Source: an uncultured bacterium (GTDB taxonomy: Bacteria; Patescibacteriota; JACMRA01). From it: a DNA stretch of 64,000 nt. This document shows, in pieces, positions 48,583 to 58,776 of this stretch; within the stretch, counting starts at the first letter, position 1; each line of letters begins with the position of its first letter. Both the position numbers and the translations under genes were made by a program. The DNA lies in contig CAWAQU010000003.1 in NCBI GenBank assembly GCA_963784355.1, positions 96,001 to 160,000 on the forward strand, written 5' to 3'. Under the pieces are notes generated by a model that was not told the DNA's origin, ran no database searches, and saw only the letters and a list, made by a program, of their open reading frames with translations.

Positions 48583-48966
48583 TTAAATCTTTTTCTCTAC
48601 AGCTAAATTAGCATTAACTGGGGGCTGATTACTATCTTTAGGATTCAAGAGATTATTTTGATTATTGTCAACAGCAGTTTTTTCTATATTTAGTCTCTGA
48701 ATTATAACCCCTCTTGTAATTCCTTTTTCAGCGTCAATGTCGGTTTCGGGATCAACTTCAATAGTAACAAAATCTCCTTTGATAATCTTGATGTTTCTTA
48801 CTTTAAACATTGTTTTAATTTGTGAGTCAATAACTAAGGGCTCTAGGCCTTTATTTCTATCAACCCTTACTTTAAACCTAGTACCGGGTAAAGTTTCAAT
48901 TACCTTGCCATCAAAATATATTTTATCTTCTTTGCGCTTGCTGATATTATTTCGTCTTTTTTTCAT
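48583..48966 (-). CDS. infA: Translation initiation factor IF-1, extended
   Basis: GKVIETLPGTRFKV, IKIIKGDFVTIE and RGVIIQR motifs; synteny. Confidence 0.88.
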   Translation of the reverse strand: MKKRRNNISKRKEDKIYFDGKVIETLPGTRFKVRVDRNKGLEPLVIDSQIKTMFKVRNIKIIKGDFVTIEVDPETDIDAEKGITRGVIIQRLNIEKTAVDNNQNNLLNPKDSNQPPVNANLAVEKKI

Positions 48967-49198
48967 TGGAGTTAGGGTTGAATAAGAATGTATAGCTCAC
49001 ATGGATATATTGAGCTAGAATAGCATAAATTTAAAACTAACTATTCGCTTTTGTCAAGATAAACAATATAGACATTTTTTGGATTTTTTTTGAAAAACAA
49101 GGGTAAGACTTAATTTAGTTCTTCAATAAATTTGCTCAGTAATAATGGTATTTCTTCAATATTATTATATCTGTGAAATCTAAAGTTGGGATAGTTAA

Positions 49199-50896
49199 CT
49201 AACCTCGGTCAATAAACTCAGCTCTACTAGACGGATCAGGTTTTTCGCTTTCATTTAAAGTTAGATTTTTCAAAAATGGATCACTTTGTCCTGCTTCATA
49301 AGCCATTTGATAGGCTAACATTCTGTAATTTATGTGGCCACCGGGACGTACTCTAAGCTTGGTGAGATAACTAATTTCTTTGGGTGAACCATGAAACCAC
49401 ATTTTCATTACATGAGCAAAGGGCAATAATTGCAAAAATAGATATTTAGGAAACCACTCAGTTTTTTCGATTGATTCCATGAATTCCTTTAATCTTTGAT
49501 AGTAGTTTATCAAATCAGCTTCAAAACTTTCCCTTACATCGCTTAATAAAGGATTTTCAGTTAGGTAGGCTGGAAGTGTATACCCCAAATTATAGTTGTC
49601 CAAGTAATCCGTTTCCGCAGCAATTATAGGTATAAATCTACCCCAAGCTCGATGTCTATTTAGATCCCTACCCTCTCCGACTGAACAATACAAAACAAAA
49701 CTATGAGTATTTATCCTAAATTGTCCGCCCATTTGTTGATGATGATTGTAATTTTTCAAAACTACACTGCTTAGTTCTTCTTTTCTACTATCTGACAATG
49801 CGTTTAGCCAGGTAATTAGCCATTCTTCGTCAAGTGTAGGGTAAATTGTCAAAATATTTTGAGCTATTACCTTAAGCCCGGCCGAAATATCCTGATTTAT
49901 TAATTTAGTCTTTAGCTCTTTATATCCGAAATCGCGATCAAATCTAGCTATGCTCAAAAAATCATTATCAAGCAAGTAAGTTTGCAAACCAACTATATTT
50001 GAGCTGGTTGTCTCATCAGCGCTTGTGTAGCGAATTAAGTCGGGAGCCTCAGGTGTATAGCCAATACTTGTAGCAAATTCAGAGTCCGGGGCAAATAACA
50101 ATTCTAACTGCTCAGCTAAATGATTTAATTCCTTAGCTTTTGAAGCCTTAAACTGAGAAATAATTCTGGCCCATTCTCTGGCAGCCGTTATCCAACAAAT
50201 TGAGGTGCGATTACTAGTTCCACTTAGTAGAAAATATCTTGCTGAATCAAATACTCTTGCAGTAAGTGCCCCAGTCTGTTTTTTATCGTTTGAATCAATT
50301 TCGTAAACCTCGGTATATTTTTCGCTTAGAATATCAACATATTTTCTGTAATTTGAGAAAGATAGCTCCTGCAATTCAGTAAATTTTTGACTTATTTTTG
50401 TATATTCAGGTGAATTTTTTAAGCTTGCTAGCTCTTCAGTAGTAAAATAGTTGTCTAAATTGTCAAGGGTATTTTCACTAAAATCTTGATACCTGGTGGA
50501 TCTTTCTTGGCCACCCCCTACAGAAGTTTCATTGTAAAATTTGCAAGCATGAATTTGAGGTATGTTTTCGATATAAGCAAAGAGCTGGGCCATATCAGCT
50601 ACAGAGGCATGGCCATAATTTCTAAAAATCGCAGCCAATTTTTCATTTGCAGTTTTTTTCGCTTCTTTTATTTCTTTAAATAAATCTTGAGCAGATAAAT
50701 CTGATCTGGAATATCTCGCCCCGGCAAATGCCATGATTGAGGCAGTTTGCTTGCCTGAATTTGGTAAAGCTGTTCTAACAGTATAGTTAGTTCTAGAATC
50801 GTGCAGAGAAACCAAAACTAAATCAGTCTTGTCTGGGTCAGAAACTGTGAAGGTGAAATAATCGTTGTATTTATACATAAAATAGCTGTTAGCCAA
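49199..50896 (-). CDS. thyX: Flavin-dependent thymidylate synthase, tandem-domain type
   Basis: ARYSRS, YGHASVAD, ERSTRY, FDSARYFL, RDLNRHR and LRxxPxGHxxYR motifs. Confidence 0.88.
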   Translation of the reverse strand: MANSYFMYKYNDYFTFTVSDPDKTDLVLVSLHDSRTNYTVRTALPNSGKQTASIMAFAGARYSRSDLSAQDLFKEIKEAKKTANEKLAAIFRNYGHASVADMAQLFAYIENIPQIHACKFYNETSVGGGQERSTRYQDFSENTLDNLDNYFTTEELASLKNSPEYTKISQKFTELQELSFSNYRKYVDILSEKYTEVYEIDSNDKKQTGALTARVFDSARYFLLSGTSNRTSICWITAAREWARIISQFKASKAKELNHLAEQLELLFAPDSEFATSIGYTPEAPDLIRYTSADETTSSNIVGLQTYLLDNDFLSIARFDRDFGYKELKTKLINQDISAGLKVIAQNILTIYPTLDEEWLITWLNALSDSRKEELSSVVLKNYNHHQQMGGQFRINTHSFVLYCSVGEGRDLNRHRAWGRFIPIIAAETDYLDNYNLGYTLPAYLTENPLLSDVRESFEADLINYYQRLKEFMESIEKTEWFPKYLFLQLLPFAHVMKMWFHGSPKEISYLTKLRVRPGGHINYRMLAYQMAYEAGQSDPFLKNLTLNESEKPDPSSRAEFIDRG

Positions 50897-50975
50897 AAAT
50901 TACAAATAATTTCCAGGTTGTCCAATTGTCTTATGAATTATAATCCTCTACCACTCCAAATGCTTTTATTGGAGG

Positions 50976-51350
50976 CTAACTTTCTCCTCCCCTACCCTTG
51001 ATTTTTCCTCCAAAAATTTTAACTTGTTTATTTAAATTTAATCTTGCAACTAGTTCAGGTAATGTTTTAAAAAACTGTTTTTCTGTATCCAAACTCGAAT
51101 CAAAATTATAGCCTGTATAAAAATGCAGTTCGTTATTTAAAAAGTAACCACGGCAATTCTCAACAATTATCTTATCAGCATCCAATTCACTAAAACCCAT
51201 ATTTAGAAGCCACTCCAGATGTGACCACTCCACATTTAACGGAGCAATTAACAACATATCAGAAATGCACAAAAAAGCTCTTCTAGTTTGATGAAAATTT
51301 TTAACTTCCTCTGTATCTTGTAACTGCTGCTTTTTAAAATCCTCATCCAT
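50976..51350 (-). CDS. Hypothetical protein; TAG stop may be premature (frame open to 50931)
   Basis: ORF from MDEDF starting 1 nt after dcd; SHxEW and RGY motifs. Confidence 0.7.
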   Translation of the reverse strand: MDEDFKKQQLQDTEEVKNFHQTRRAFLCISDMLLIAPLNVEWSHLEWLLNMGFSELDADKIIVENCRGYFLNNELHFYTGYNFDSSLDTEKQFFKTLPELVARLNLNKQVKIFGGKIKGRGGES

Positions 51351-51351
51351 A

Positions 51352-51921
51352 TTACTTGGAAAAATTTTGCCACATTTCACTTGCCTGCACAGTTCCAGCT
51401 CCATAATATTTACTGTTCAAATCTTTATGGCCGTAGGGTTTTTGTGCAGGAGTTTTTAATTCGTAAAAGGCAATTTGGCCAATTTTCATTCCAGGATACA
51501 ATTTAATCGCCACGTTATTTACATTGGCAAGTTCCAGAGTGGCATTTAAAACGTTGCCTGGATCAATAAAACCTGCTGTAGTATGTACAATTAAACCGAG
51601 CCGAGCAAGACTACTTTTACCCATCAACTGGCAAGCGTACTTTGGACCTGCACCAAATCTATCAAGAGTAGCTGCAAGAACAAATTCATTCGGATGAATG
51701 GTGAAAAAGTCTTCATCAGATTTTAATTTGATTTTGTACATATGTTCACTCATTGGTTCACGTGGATCAATACAACCAAGTTTGTGACTTTTAAATACTA
51801 AAAAATCGTAACCTAAAAGCACGTCATAACTAGCGGGTTGCAATCTTTTTTCATCAAAATCATCAATCAAAATATCTCCGGCATTTAGGGCATTTTTTAT
51901 ATCAATATCGGATAGCTGCAT
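51352..51921 (-). CDS. dcd: dCTP deaminase
   Basis: LSDxDI, QPASYD, GKSSLARLGL, AGFIDPG, TLEL and SKY motifs. Confidence 0.96.
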   Translation of the reverse strand: MQLSDIDIKNALNAGDILIDDFDEKRLQPASYDVLLGYDFLVFKSHKLGCIDPREPMSEHMYKIKLKSDEDFFTIHPNEFVLAATLDRFGAGPKYACQLMGKSSLARLGLIVHTTAGFIDPGNVLNATLELANVNNVAIKLYPGMKIGQIAFYELKTPAQKPYGHKDLNSKYYGAGTVQASEMWQNFSK

Positions 51922-51992
51922 AAAATATTATTTTTTTATACTAGTGATTATTTTAGGACTTTGTCAATTTAGATATAACTCAAGATTTTTGA

Positions 51993-52532
51993 TTATTTAT
52001 TTAAGAAATTTTTAACTTTTTGGACTCTTTCTTCAACTGTGCCTGTAGCTATCAAATAATTTTCCGGTACGAGCCATTTATCAATATAACTTTTCATGAT
52101 TTTATCTACTTGTGCTCTTGTACTGACATTTGCTCTTAAGTGTTCATTTTCCGCTTCAAATTCAATGGGTGTATAAACAAAATGAGTATAGGATTTTAAC
52201 CGTTCTTTTACTAATTGTTCAAAAATCTTTAATTGGGACTCACTCATACTCGCACTTAAAACAGTATAACCTAGTATATCAATCACGGTCCTATCAGCTA
52301 CAAAGCCATCTTTTCCTTCAATGTCCTCCCTTTCAATCTGCTTCAGTAGCATATAATTTTGAAACACACTTCTAGCGTCTGAAGGCATTTTTTCAAAATC
52401 AGTTACTCCAAAATTCTGCCAGGTACTTCTTATAGTCCCGCTAATAGAAAGTAAATTTAATTCAGGAGCTAAAATTTCAACCAGGGTAGTTTTCCCGGTG
52501 CCATGAGCTCCACAAAATCCGATTTTGTACAT
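51993..52532 (-). CDS. P-loop kinase, NadR/Ttd14 AAA_28-like
   Basis: GAHGTGKTT, DRTVID and GTVEER motifs. Confidence 0.8.
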   Translation of the reverse strand: MYKIGFCGAHGTGKTTLVEILAPELNLLSISGTIRSTWQNFGVTDFEKMPSDARSVFQNYMLLKQIEREDIEGKDGFVADRTVIDILGYTVLSASMSESQLKIFEQLVKERLKSYTHFVYTPIEFEAENEHLRANVSTRAQVDKIMKSYIDKWLVPENYLIATGTVEERVQKVKNFLNK

Positions 52533-52687
52533 ACTTTGTAAATATTTTAGAAACACTGTCATGTCAATTGGACGATTATCAATTAAAAAGTATTTGAGTA
52601 ATGCAATATTTGTAACAAAAAATTTCTTGACTTAGACCTCAATACTTCTTATACTCATTTTACGTTTTTTAAAATACAAACACAAAT

Positions 52688-53866
52688 ATGAATTCAGAAT
52701 CAAAGCGACTTTTTTCGTCTTTTTTTATGGCCGGGTTTGAATGTACCTATGCTTTAAATGAAGAGCGAAAACGCATGGACTTACTAGCAGATACACTACA
52801 CGATCAAAACATTATAGAAGATTATAAATTAATAAAAGACCTGGGGATTACCACAGCTAGAGAAGGGCTTAGCTGGAGTCAAATAGATAAAAACAACGGA
52901 AATTACGATTTTTCCCGATTTGAACCCATGATGCAGGCCGCCAAAGAAGCCGGTATTCAACAAATTTGGGACCTCAATCATTTTGACTATCCTGAATATT
53001 TAGATCCTTTTAGTCAGGATTTTATTGAGCAATTTGCCGTTTATGGCAAGGAATGTGTAAAAATAATTCGTAAATACCAAACGGACACTATTTTTATTGT
53101 TCCTTTTAATGAAATTTCTTTTTTTGCTTGGATAGCCGGCAGGATGGGTTATTGGGCTCCTTATAAAGCTGATAAAGAAAGTGAATTGAAGTTAAAAATC
53201 CAGCTGGTAAAAGCTAATATTGCAGTGCAAGAAGCTATTTGGTCTGTAGATAAAAATGTTAGATTTATTCAAGTGGACCCTTTTATAGAAAGACAGTTCA
53301 GGCGTAATAGCAGTAAATCGCAAAGAGCTGCAGTGCAAGAGTATAATAGCCAGATAAAGTTTAGAGCTTGGGATATGTTGGCTGGTAAATCGGATCCTGA
53401 AATAGGCGGAGACCCTAAGTATCTTGATATTATTGGAATAAATTATTACTACGATAATCAGGAACGGGTAACTCCAGAAATAACAAAGCAGGGTTCTTAT
53501 TTATACAAAACCATCGCTTGGAATAGTAAGCATAGAAAAAGGATTTGTGACATGTTAGAGCCTGTATATAAAAAATATAATAGGCCTTTGGTAATTACTG
53601 AAACGGGAGCTTACGGAAATAAACGAAAGGAGTGGTGGGCCAGAATTCTTAAAGAAATTGATGAGGCTAAAAATAGAAATGTTCCGATTTTGGGTGTATG
53701 TGCCTACCCTGTACTTGACCGTCCTGAGAAGTCTGGTTTTTTGGCAGCAAACTCGGGATTATGGGATTTTAAAGAAAATGACCCTACTTGTAAACGTATT
53801 CCTCATGAAGAAACTTTGGGAGTTATTAAAAATTATATTGACAAAGCTGGATCTAAAGATTTATAA
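52688..53866 (+). CDS. GH1-like (clan A) beta-glycosidase
   Basis: FMAGFECT, DLNHF, NEISF, GINYY and ITETG motifs. Confidence 0.85.
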   Translation: MNSESKRLFSSFFMAGFECTYALNEERKRMDLLADTLHDQNIIEDYKLIKDLGITTAREGLSWSQIDKNNGNYDFSRFEPMMQAAKEAGIQQIWDLNHFDYPEYLDPFSQDFIEQFAVYGKECVKIIRKYQTDTIFIVPFNEISFFAWIAGRMGYWAPYKADKESELKLKIQLVKANIAVQEAIWSVDKNVRFIQVDPFIERQFRRNSSKSQRAAVQEYNSQIKFRAWDMLAGKSDPEIGGDPKYLDIIGINYYYDNQERVTPEITKQGSYLYKTIAWNSKHRKRICDMLEPVYKKYNRPLVITETGAYGNKRKEWWARILKEIDEAKNRNVPILGVCAYPVLDRPEKSGFLAANSGLWDFKENDPTCKRIPHEETLGVIKNYIDKAGSKDL

Positions 53867-53911
53867 AAGGTTAAAACTAAATATTATTTAATCACGTTAA
53901 TAATAATCTAT

Positions 53912-54865
53912 ATGAAAGTAAAATTTTCAGAAGCCCCATTATTTGAAACACAACAATTCCATGACGTCAAAGATCCTTGCCCCGTTTGGGACGGCAACAC
54001 CTGGCATATTTACGGCTCTGGAGGCTCAAGCCAAAATGAAGTCTGGAAAATTTTGCACATTACTGCACCAACCCTAGACGGCCCCTGGACTGAGCAACAG
54101 CCTGCTATCCTGGAAGGTGTAAAAGGTGACCACGTAGCAGCCCCAGGTATAATTTACAATCCTGACACAAAGCTATTCAATATGTTTATCCAAACGGATT
54201 TCATGTCGCTTGGTGGCACCATAGAACGTCTTGTTTCAGCTGATGGGCAGTTTTTTGAACATACAGACACAGTGCTTAAACCGCTAGAGAACGAAAAGGA
54301 GGCCGGAATTTATGATCCACACCCTGCAGTAATCAAAGGAGAAAAGTATTTAACCTACTCGGGTACTGCACAAATAGGCCGCCCTGACATATACATTGCA
54401 AAAAGTACAAACAATACTTGGAAAGGGCCTTGGGAAAGAATGGGAACCATTTTAAAGCATGAAGAAGTTGAACATCACAATCAATTAAATCACGAAGATT
54501 ATGAGTGGGGCTTGGAAGGCTCACAGCTTATTGAATTGCCTAATGGAAAAGTTTTATTAAATGCAGTCTGTTTCTTGCCGGAGGGAGCCAGAGGTACAAG
54601 ACAAAGAATCTTTTTTGCAGTTGCAGATAATGTTTACGGACCGTATAAAACTTTAGGCCCTATTTTGACTCCAACTACAGAAGGTTGGGCCTCAGGAGAA
54701 AATGGGCATGCATCAGCTATAATACTGGATGACACTTTACATTTATTTTATCAAGCCAGACCGGCACATATGAACAAAATAAATAATTGGCGTTATGGAC
54801 ATGCAAAATTTGATGTAAAGGATATTATGGATTTGGTAGACCAAAGTATCGCTGCTGCTCACTAG
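53912..54865 (+). CDS. Five-bladed beta-propeller glycoside hydrolase (GH43/32/68-like)
   Basis: KDP, AAPG, YDP, LEG, GPY and GH motifs. Confidence 0.72.
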   Translation: MKVKFSEAPLFETQQFHDVKDPCPVWDGNTWHIYGSGGSSQNEVWKILHITAPTLDGPWTEQQPAILEGVKGDHVAAPGIIYNPDTKLFNMFIQTDFMSLGGTIERLVSADGQFFEHTDTVLKPLENEKEAGIYDPHPAVIKGEKYLTYSGTAQIGRPDIYIAKSTNNTWKGPWERMGTILKHEEVEHHNQLNHEDYEWGLEGSQLIELPNGKVLLNAVCFLPEGARGTRQRIFFAVADNVYGPYKTLGPILTPTTEGWASGENGHASAIILDDTLHLFYQARPAHMNKINNWRYGHAKFDVKDIMDLVDQSIAAAH

Positions 54866-54899
54866 TTCAAAACTTTAGTTCACTCAACCCTGAGCTCTT

Positions 54900-55523
54900 T
54901 TAATCTTTTTTCTCTAATCTTTTAGCTATATTATTTAGCCCTTCACCATAAACAGACAACATCGTCTTATAAAATTTTACATCTAGTGCTGAATAGATTT
55001 TACTATATTCCTGCACTTCCATGTTATATCTTTCCCAAAATTGTGCTTCACTCATTCTTGGCAGGAAAAAGAACATTCTATTAAAAACATTACCTTTGTA
55101 GCTCTTTTGCAGGATTGAAATTTTTTCTTCAAACTCCTTTTTCAGTTCTTCTTTTCTAGTTTCAAAATTATCTAGTACCTTTTTGACTTCCGATTTTATA
55201 CCATTTAACTCACTAGCCTGATTATTTAAATTTATCTCAAAATCATCTAACTTTACCTGTAATTCTCTGGTATCATGATAGTATTTATCCAAAATTTCTT
55301 CTTTACTTAACTCTTTTAAATCGGTTCCAGTACTTAATATTTTAGCTAGCTCATTTTCCAGAAAATTGTGAGCCTCTTTTAAAGAAACAAAATCTTTATC
55401 ATTACCACCTTGGTCAGGGTGTTTTTCTTTAGCCAGCTTCTTAAAAAGATCCTTAAGGCCCTTAATACTAAGATTATCTAAACTTTCCAGTTCAAATACC
55501 TCTAAAGCTCTTTTCAAATTCAT
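54900..55523 (-). CDS. J-domain protein with coiled coil
   Basis: LAKEKHPDQGG..F..LKEA motif. Confidence 0.85.
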   Translation of the reverse strand: MNLKRALEVFELESLDNLSIKGLKDLFKKLAKEKHPDQGGNDKDFVSLKEAHNFLENELAKILSTGTDLKELSKEEILDKYYHDTRELQVKLDDFEINLNNQASELNGIKSEVKKVLDNFETRKEELKKEFEEKISILQKSYKGNVFNRMFFFLPRMSEAQFWERYNMEVQEYSKIYSALDVKFYKTMLSVYGEGLNNIAKRLEKKD

Positions 55524-55575
55524 ATTTTGTTTACTTTTGACCTCAAAACAGCCTTTTGTCAAGACTTTTAAAGTA

Positions 55576-55956
55576 TTAAAACTTTTTTATAAAGCCGGCC
55601 TTATCTCTAGCAAATTCTTCAGAGGCAAAACAAATATCAGGTTTTATTCTATCAAAACGCGGGTTATCTTTAGTATAATAACTACCCGAATTGTCGGAAA
55701 AAGTACCTTTAATGCTGTAATTCTCAGGGCAAACAGGTTGTTGACCGGCTTTTATCCAATAGGCCCCTTCAACATCTAGTGCCTTTACTTCTATACTTGA
55801 TTGTTTAATTGCAGGATTATTGCTGATAGTAACTTCCTCTTTCTCTTTAATACTTGCTTTAGCATTTTTGTAGCCAAACCAAAAACCGGTTACGAATATA
55901 ACCAGTACTAAAAACCCTATCCCTAAAATATTTAGCAATTTGGCACTTTTTTGCAT
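55576..55956 (-). CDS. Membrane-anchored protein with sunset-like domain
   Basis: TM followed by CP..IKG..YY..CFASEE.A..AGF. Confidence 0.65.
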   Translation of the reverse strand: MQKSAKLLNILGIGFLVLVIFVTGFWFGYKNAKASIKEKEEVTISNNPAIKQSSIEVKALDVEGAYWIKAGQQPVCPENYSIKGTFSDNSGSYYTKDNPRFDRIKPDICFASEEFARDKAGFIKKF

Positions 55957-55977
55957 CGGTATTAATATTAAACAATA

Positions 55978-56169
55978 CTAAGCTACCCCTTGTAGATTCA
56001 TTTTCTTTTTCAAGGTTCTCAAAGCTCGTGTTGAAATTTTAATTCGTTTGTTCCCGATTTTAATTCTCTGAAGATTAGCCCTAACTCTGGTAATAGTAGA
56101 TTGCATTGACTTTGTTCTCTTATGTACCTTTTTATAACTAACTCCGGTAATAGCGCAACTTGCAGGCAT
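55978..56169 (-). CDS. rpmB: 50S ribosomal protein L28
   Basis: CAITG, ANLQ and ISTRALRT motifs. Confidence 0.9.
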   Translation of the reverse strand: MPASCAITGVSYKKVHKRTKSMQSTITRVRANLQRIKIGNKRIKISTRALRTLKKKMNLQGVA

Positions 56170-56221
56170 ATATATCTCTAAACTTCTCTAGTAATTTAAT
56201 TTTGTCAAGGAGCTCTCTAAA

Positions 56222-56710
56222 TTAAGATCTAGGATTAGCCCTATTAGATTGGGTTTCGTTGGATTTTAGATAAATATTATCTATCTCATCTTTAATGTCG
56301 GATTTTTTATCACTATTGGTCTTGGTAGCCTCTTCAAGCTTTTGTTGCTGAGTTACCAGCTCTTCTTCTGACTTTTTAAGTTTTTCTTCACTTATTTCGG
56401 GTAAAAGCTGCGGTACTGTATTTACAAACCTAATACTCTTTTTTATTTCAGCTACATAGTCAGCAATCCTATCATTCAATTCAAGCTGAGTAGTTACCAA
56501 TTTATCATTTTCTGCTGCCTGTGTCTCCCAAAGATCTCTGATTTTGTTTTTATCTTCTCTCTGAGCTTTAACCTGAGCTTGAAGTTGTTCTGTGTCCGTT
56601 TTGTATTTTATCTGTAATTCAGTGAGCTGAAACTGACTATATATATTTAATCCCAGTGAGCCCACTAGAAGCAAAAATAGTAAAATCGAAAAAAACACGT
56701 AGGGTTTCAT
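56222..56710 (-). CDS. Membrane-anchored coiled-coil protein
   Basis: N-terminal TM and heptad-rich body. Confidence 0.75.
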   Translation of the reverse strand: MKPYVFFSILLFLLLVGSLGLNIYSQFQLTELQIKYKTDTEQLQAQVKAQREDKNKIRDLWETQAAENDKLVTTQLELNDRIADYVAEIKKSIRFVNTVPQLLPEISEEKLKKSEEELVTQQQKLEEATKTNSDKKSDIKDEIDNIYLKSNETQSNRANPRS

Positions 56711-56717
56711 AGAAAAA

Positions 56718-57176
56718 TTAATCAGGTATCACACTAATTTCTAGGCTCTGGTCTTTTTGAATATCACCGCCAAGATCAGTAAATGTTTTCTTGTCTAAGA
56801 TTAAAAGTACATCGTTGGGCAAGACTCGAACATCTCCTACAACTAAAGATAATTTCTCATTTTTACTACTAATTGCAAGACCTTTACCTAAACCAAATTT
56901 GTCTGTAGATACAGGTGTTTGAGCCTTACTATCCCAAATAGCTCTACCTTGATAAATTTTACCTTTAGGATTTGTGTTTTCTACAGTTTTAAAGTCTATT
57001 GCACCACTTCCAATTTCGCCTATCTGCTTAACTGAGCTTGTATTTGTTAAGGTATCTTGAATTGACCTTTTTTCTTGTGCTCCGAGCACATTACCAGCTG
57101 TCCTAGGACCGATAAAAACCGGTACCATTAAGAGGCAAAGTAGAAAAAGTGTAATCAATTTGGTTTTTAATGACAT
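56718..57176 (-). CDS. Hypothetical secreted/membrane protein
   Basis: Signal-like N-terminus with VLGA motif. Confidence 0.72.
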   Translation of the reverse strand: MSLKTKLITLFLLCLLMVPVFIGPRTAGNVLGAQEKRSIQDTLTNTSSVKQIGEIGSGAIDFKTVENTNPKGKIYQGRAIWDSKAQTPVSTDKFGLGKGLAISSKNEKLSLVVGDVRVLPNDVLLILDKKTFTDLGGDIQKDQSLEISVIPD

Positions 57177-57313
57177 AAGTTAATGTGTTTTTATTTTTGT
57201 CTTTTCACCAATTTATATCTTAAGTATAACCTCTTTTTAAGTCTCTGTCAAAACTGATCTGCTGATTGAAAATAAATCCCGGAAATTTTACGCTATCGGA
57301 ATTAATTTATAAC

Positions 57314-58693
57314 TTATACTCCAAGCCAAGATTTGATAAAATATCTAAATTCTTTATAAGCCAAAGCTTTCTGCATATTCCTAATTGCGTAGCTCTCCAA
57401 TTTGCTATAAAAATCTCCGGCTAAAGACATCCCAATAATTTGATCGGAGTTTTGTCTGATTACTAATTTGGCAAATCCTTCAAAAATAGAGGAATCAATA
57501 ATTTCAATTTTAATATCCGAACCGTATTGCGAAACTGCTTCAGTTTCCGTTAACCCAACAGTCATTACAGGATTTTCGGTTTCAATTTTTACGTATTGAG
57601 TTTGAAGTGGGTAAATTTCAGCATTGTATATTCCAGGAAAAAAACCATTTGTAACCTTACCTATATGATTATTAGAGTTGGAAAGATTGTGAGCGTATTT
57701 CATTTTTTCTAGAAATGTGTAGGTTACGGCAAATTTATTTAGGTGATTGATATTACCATTACATTCTCCAAGAGCATAAACATATTTTTGTTGGGTATTG
57801 TATTTATGACCTACAAGCACACCTCTTGGTAAATAGTTAATTCCTATCTTTTGTAAATGCAGAGCGTCGTCTTGGAATATTTCTTTAATTGATACAAATA
57901 GGTGAGATGATTTAAACTTTTTTTTATTTTGATTTTCAAGTATGACTTGTCCTGTTTCTTGACTTACTTTAGATATTTTTTGCTTAAAATTAAACTCCAC
58001 TTGTTTGGCTAGTAGTTTTTTGATTAAGTAATTATAAGTACTTTTATCTAAGTATTTGATGCCTGAAATTGATTCTTTTTGTTCGAAAAAACTTACTTTT
58101 ACACCTAAATTTGCATAAATGTCAGCTACTTCCAAATTTTCAGCAGTAATACCGATGATAGATAAGGTACTTGGAATATCCTGTAAAGTAAAGGCGTTGT
58201 GCTTATGTAAAAAGTTTATATCTATCAGACCATTAATATTGGGCGGTACAATAGTATTTTTTCCAACAGCCAAAACTACTTCTTTAAAACTTATTAAATG
58301 TCTTTCCGTATCTGAATTTACCTCTACTAAAGTCTTTGAAGTAAACTCCGCTACACCTCTAACTAGATGTAAGTTTTTACTTAGGCTTAGGGATTTATTG
58401 ATTTTTTCCCTGTAGTTACTAATTTGAGCAGAAATTTTTTGATTGATTTTTTGACGGTACTTTCTTAGCACCATAAAAGTATCAGGATGATCTTTAAAAA
58501 TCTTCAAGCTGTCGGAAAACTCCCTAGCATAGTTAGTTAAAAGCTTTTTAGGTATCTCATATGAATATAGGTACGCTCCTCCCGGTTCTCCCTGTTCCAC
58601 TAAAATCACCTCTTTGCCTGTTTCAGCAAGAGTAAGGGCGGTAATTAGACCAGTTTGGCCGGCCCCAATGATTAAGTAGTCACAGTTGAGCAT
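57314..58693 (-). CDS. Degenerate pyridine nucleotide-disulfide oxidoreductase (LpdA/MerA fold)
   Basis: IIGAGQTG, EQGEPGG, YALGEC and VGLTE motifs; catalytic Cys pair absent. Confidence 0.78.
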   Translation of the reverse strand: MLNCDYLIIGAGQTGLITALTLAETGKEVILVEQGEPGGAYLYSYEIPKKLLTNYAREFSDSLKIFKDHPDTFMVLRKYRQKINQKISAQISNYREKINKSLSLSKNLHLVRGVAEFTSKTLVEVNSDTERHLISFKEVVLAVGKNTIVPPNINGLIDINFLHKHNAFTLQDIPSTLSIIGITAENLEVADIYANLGVKVSFFEQKESISGIKYLDKSTYNYLIKKLLAKQVEFNFKQKISKVSQETGQVILENQNKKKFKSSHLFVSIKEIFQDDALHLQKIGINYLPRGVLVGHKYNTQQKYVYALGECNGNINHLNKFAVTYTFLEKMKYAHNLSNSNNHIGKVTNGFFPGIYNAEIYPLQTQYVKIETENPVMTVGLTETEAVSQYGSDIKIEIIDSSIFEGFAKLVIRQNSDQIIGMSLAGDFYSKLESYAIRNMQKALAYKEFRYFIKSWLGV

Positions 58694-58776
58694 ATATAAA
58701 TAGGTGCCTCTGAATATGAAGATTGTCAAGAATATCTAATTTGACTTTTAATTAGTACTTAGCTAGTTTTGATTTT

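Noticed and set aside
48993-49017. TAGCTCA-N11-TGAGCTA hairpin upstream of infA
   Set aside because: A single hairpin with no match to a ribosomal leader that I can recognise.
26864-50978. Stop-codon reassignment to explain the in-frame TAA/TAG codons
   Set aside because: TAA, TAG and TGA all end conserved genes at the expected positions, and long essential genes have no internal stops.
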